In this document: positions 61,570 to 64,000 of the stretch, piece by piece
How the letters are laid out: each line of letters begins with the position of its first letter
Numbering within the stretch: position 1 is the stretch's first letter
Assembly (NCBI GenBank): GCA_963663965.2
Contig: CAXXFK010000040.1
Coordinates: 32,001-96,000, forward strand
Length of the DNA stretch: 64,000 bases
From: Sedimentisphaerales bacterium
GTDB lineage: Bacteria > Planctomycetota > Phycisphaerae > Sedimentisphaerales > SM23-30
Direction of reading: 5' to 3'
Translations under genes and position numbers: made by a program
Notes under the pieces: generated by a model
The model's input: only the letters and a program-made list of their open reading frames with translations
What the model was told of the DNA's origin: nothing
Database searches by the model: none

Positions 61570-63144
61570 ATGCCCATACCCACCCGCCAGATTCTCATCG
61601 CATTGTGTTTCCTCCTTCTAAGCCTCGGCCATCGCCAGGCCTCAGCCCTGGAAAACTCTGCCGACCTCGTCACCATCGAGACCGGCAACTTACCCATCAT
61701 TCTCTCAGCCCCGCACGGCGGGCACAACCCCATTCCCAATGTACCCATCCGACAGGGTAAAGGGGTTAAACTGTTCAGCACCCTGACGGACATCAACACC
61801 GACCGCCTCACCGAACAGCTGGCGGACGCCATCGAAAAAAAACTGGGCAAACGTCCCTATCTGGTCATCGCTCGATTCCACCGCAAGTATGTTGACGTCA
61901 ACCGCCGGGCAAGTGACGCCTTCGAGTCACCCGCGGCCCAGGTCGCTTACGACACCTACCATCAGGCGCTGACCCGGGCCCGCAATGAGGTGATCGAAAG
62001 ATGGGGCTACGGCATCCTGCTCGACATCCACGGGCAAAGCGCGGACCCCAACGCGATTTTCCGCGGTACCCGAAACGGCCAAACGACAACGCACCTGATA
62101 AACGACTTCGGCCGTGAAGCGCTGATCGGCCCAACCAGCCTGTTCAGCCAATTGGCCGCCCAGGGCCTGCGTGTCATCCCCGCCCCCGGCTCAACCGATC
62201 CCGAAAACCCCCATTACAACGGCGGCTATATCGTCCATACCCACGGCAGCAGTTCCGGCACAACCCTGGACGCCATTCAACTGGAACTGGGCCGGAACCT
62301 GCGCGCCACCCGGGCCCTGCCCTCAACCGTCACCCGGTTGACCCATGCCATTGCCGCATTCAGTCATGACTACCTTCCCCAAACCGAAAGGAACACCCAG
62401 ACCAACCCTGCAACTCCCCCCACCGACAAAGTCCGGATCGGTGTCTATTGCGATAAAGGCACTGGTAACGCCGGCCCCACCACGCTTCTGAATGTCCTGG
62501 GACAATTTAACGATGTATCGGTCCGGAAACTCATGGCCGACGACATCCGATCAGGCGCGCTCGACCACTTCGATGTCCTGATCCACCCCGGAGGCAGCGG
62601 CAGCGGCCAGGGCCAACACCTGCAAACAGAAGGCAGAGAAAAAATCCGCGCCTTTATCGCCGACGGCGGCGGCTTCATCGGCATCTGTGCCGGCGCCTAC
62701 CTGGCCTCCGCTGATTATTCATGGTCGCTGAACATTCTCGACGCCAAAGTCCTCGACCGTCAGCATTGGGCCCGCGGTAATGGCATGGTAGAAATCACCT
62801 TAACCGACGCCGGACAACACCTCCTCAAATCCGACCAGCCGCAGTTGACCATCTATTACGCCCAGGGCCCCCTGCTGGCCCCCCGGAACAATCCCGACAT
62901 CCCGGACTATCAAACCCTCGCCACCTTCAAAACCGAAATCGCCAGAAACGGCGCCCCCGAAGGAGTCATGAAAAACACCACCGCCATCGCCGCCGGCCAA
63001 TTCGGCCACGGCCGCGTCCTCTGCTTCAGCCCCCACCCCGAAAAAACCAAAGGCCTCGAACCACTCCTGCAATACGCCATCAACCACGTCAAACCCCATT
63101 ACCCCCTGCCAGAACACAACCAGCCCGTTTTACTCCAAAATTAA
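61570..63144 (+). CDS. N-formylglutamate amidohydrolase-like domain fused to a BPL_N/GATase-like domain
   Basis: IILSAPHGG, HRKYVDVNR, LLDIHG, IQLE; then PGGSG, FIGICAGAY, SPHPE. Confidence 0.82.
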   Translation: MPIPTRQILIALCFLLLSLGHRQASALENSADLVTIETGNLPIILSAPHGGHNPIPNVPIRQGKGVKLFSTLTDINTDRLTEQLADAIEKKLGKRPYLVIARFHRKYVDVNRRASDAFESPAAQVAYDTYHQALTRARNEVIERWGYGILLDIHGQSADPNAIFRGTRNGQTTTHLINDFGREALIGPTSLFSQLAAQGLRVIPAPGSTDPENPHYNGGYIVHTHGSSSGTTLDAIQLELGRNLRATRALPSTVTRLTHAIAAFSHDYLPQTERNTQTNPATPPTDKVRIGVYCDKGTGNAGPTTLLNVLGQFNDVSVRKLMADDIRSGALDHFDVLIHPGGSGSGQGQHLQTEGREKIRAFIADGGGFIGICAGAYLASADYSWSLNILDAKVLDRQHWARGNGMVEITLTDAGQHLLKSDQPQLTIYYAQGPLLAPRNNPDIPDYQTLATFKTEIARNGAPEGVMKNTTAIAAGQFGHGRVLCFSPHPEKTKGLEPLLQYAINHVKPHYPLPEHNQPVLLQN

Positions 63145-63190
63145 GAGTATCTCCCATTTTCTGTTAGAGGATCTGTTTTGAAAAGGATTT

Positions 63191-64000
63191 TTATTTCTGC
63201 GAATCCAGCAGTTCATTTAGCAGTTTACGGACCTGTTCTTTGAAAATGGTTTCCCAAAAGTTAGCCAGAATAGGATCCAGTGTTTCATACAATCGGCCCG
63301 ATTCTGTTTGTTTGAGTTTGTACGCTGCCGCTTCCATCAGATTTTTGAGTTCTTCAGGAAAAATCGATACGGACAGACGAATATCGTCATCACTGCATGT
63401 CTGAAATTGCTCAAAAACACTGCTGATCCGGTCTTTTATTTTTGAGTTTTTCATGACCAGCGGTTTCCAGTCTTTGCGAAAATCATCTACTGACATCGCT
63501 TGCAGACCCCGCCTGGCAAAGGCCGTCCAAACCGGATGGCCAAGCTGCTGAAGGAGTTTGGCCGTCAGTGCATATCCAATGGGGCCGATTTGTTCGGAAT
63601 TATAAATCAGTCGCAGTTCTTCCACAACACTGGGATGTTGTCCATATCCTGAGACCATCAGCACACAGGCATGCATGAGCGTCCGTACCCAGGAGTCGCG
63701 AGGGAAATTGTCACGACAGGCCTGATAGGCCGCCGAAAACAACATCGACATCATCCCGCCAGATGACAGCTGGTCTTCGATGGGCAGCGAAAATTCTTTC
63801 TCGGACCATGCCCGTTTTTTATCATTCTTTCCCTCGGCGTTTTTATCTGAGCCAAAGCCTGCCAGTAGCCGCTCCCAGGCATTGAGTATTTGCATTTTCT
63901 GCTCAACGGCAAAACGGCCTTCCGGTAAATGGACTAAATACGTGGCCAGGCCAATATTCAGAAAAGTGCTTAGCCCAAATTTCGCACTTAGTCGCCTAAA
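63191..64000 (-). CDS. Hypothetical protein, 3' part (5' end outside the window)
   Basis: The frame is open from 64000 to the stop at 63191. Confidence 0.7.
   Translation of the reverse strand, partial: FRRLSAKFGLSTFLNIGLATYLVHLPEGRFAVEQKMQILNAWERLLAGFGSDKNAEGKNDKKRAWSEKEFSLPIEDQLSSGGMMSMLFSAAYQACRDNFPRDSWVRTLMHACVLMVSGYGQHPSVVEELRLIYNSEQIGPIGYALTAKLLQQLGHPVWTAFARRGLQAMSVDDFRKDWKPLVMKNSKIKDRISSVFEQFQTCSDDDIRLSVSIFPEELKNLMEAAAYKLKQTESGRLYETLDPILANFWETIFKEQVRKLLNELLDSQK

Overview
Bacterial DNA, most likely from a Planctomycetota/Phycisphaerae (Sedimentisphaerales-like) genome. This is inferred from PEP-CTERM proteins, dockerin-like C-terminal tails, an HzsA-related protein, an ECF sigma/FecR pair and several sulfatases. 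The window has two parts. Right of an intact elongator tRNA-Met(CAT) gene (49536-49609, minus strand) are GC-rich, mostly intact core-like genes: DUF192, Maf, an SGNH hydrolase, a sulfatase with a nonsense codon, two Tat-exported Gfo/Idh/MocA oxidoreductases around a DUF1080-ThuA-HEAT-discoidin fusion, and an amidohydrolase fusion. Everything left of the tRNA (at least 49 kb, running off the window) is a composite island. Its most striking property is nine same-orientation junctions (J1-J9) separating unrelated cargo blocks. Each junction is a piece of one common module: conserved arm motifs, the tRNA-Met 3' half, a second arm, and the 3' end of a tyrosine integrase. No complete integrase is present in the window, and the tRNA fragments decay with distance from the intact tRNA. 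This suggests a polarised, integron-like accretion array of integrase-stripped cargo units at tRNA-Met; the smallest unit is 1449 bp and carries only the mobile mystery protein A/B pair. Cargo includes an Xre-ImmA/IrrE plus PIN pair, a polysaccharide-utilisation block, a GLUG repeat protein, a Schlafen/AlbA_2 protein, a desaturase/ufaD-ufaO-ufaM-like lipid cluster, PEP-CTERM proteins and a 1299-aa transglutaminase-like surface protein. IS630, IS21 and IS701-like elements and their remnants are superimposed. Many genes left of ~23 kb are frameshifted, which may reflect long-read consensus error rather than biology. All family calls come from motif recognition by eye; no database search was run.
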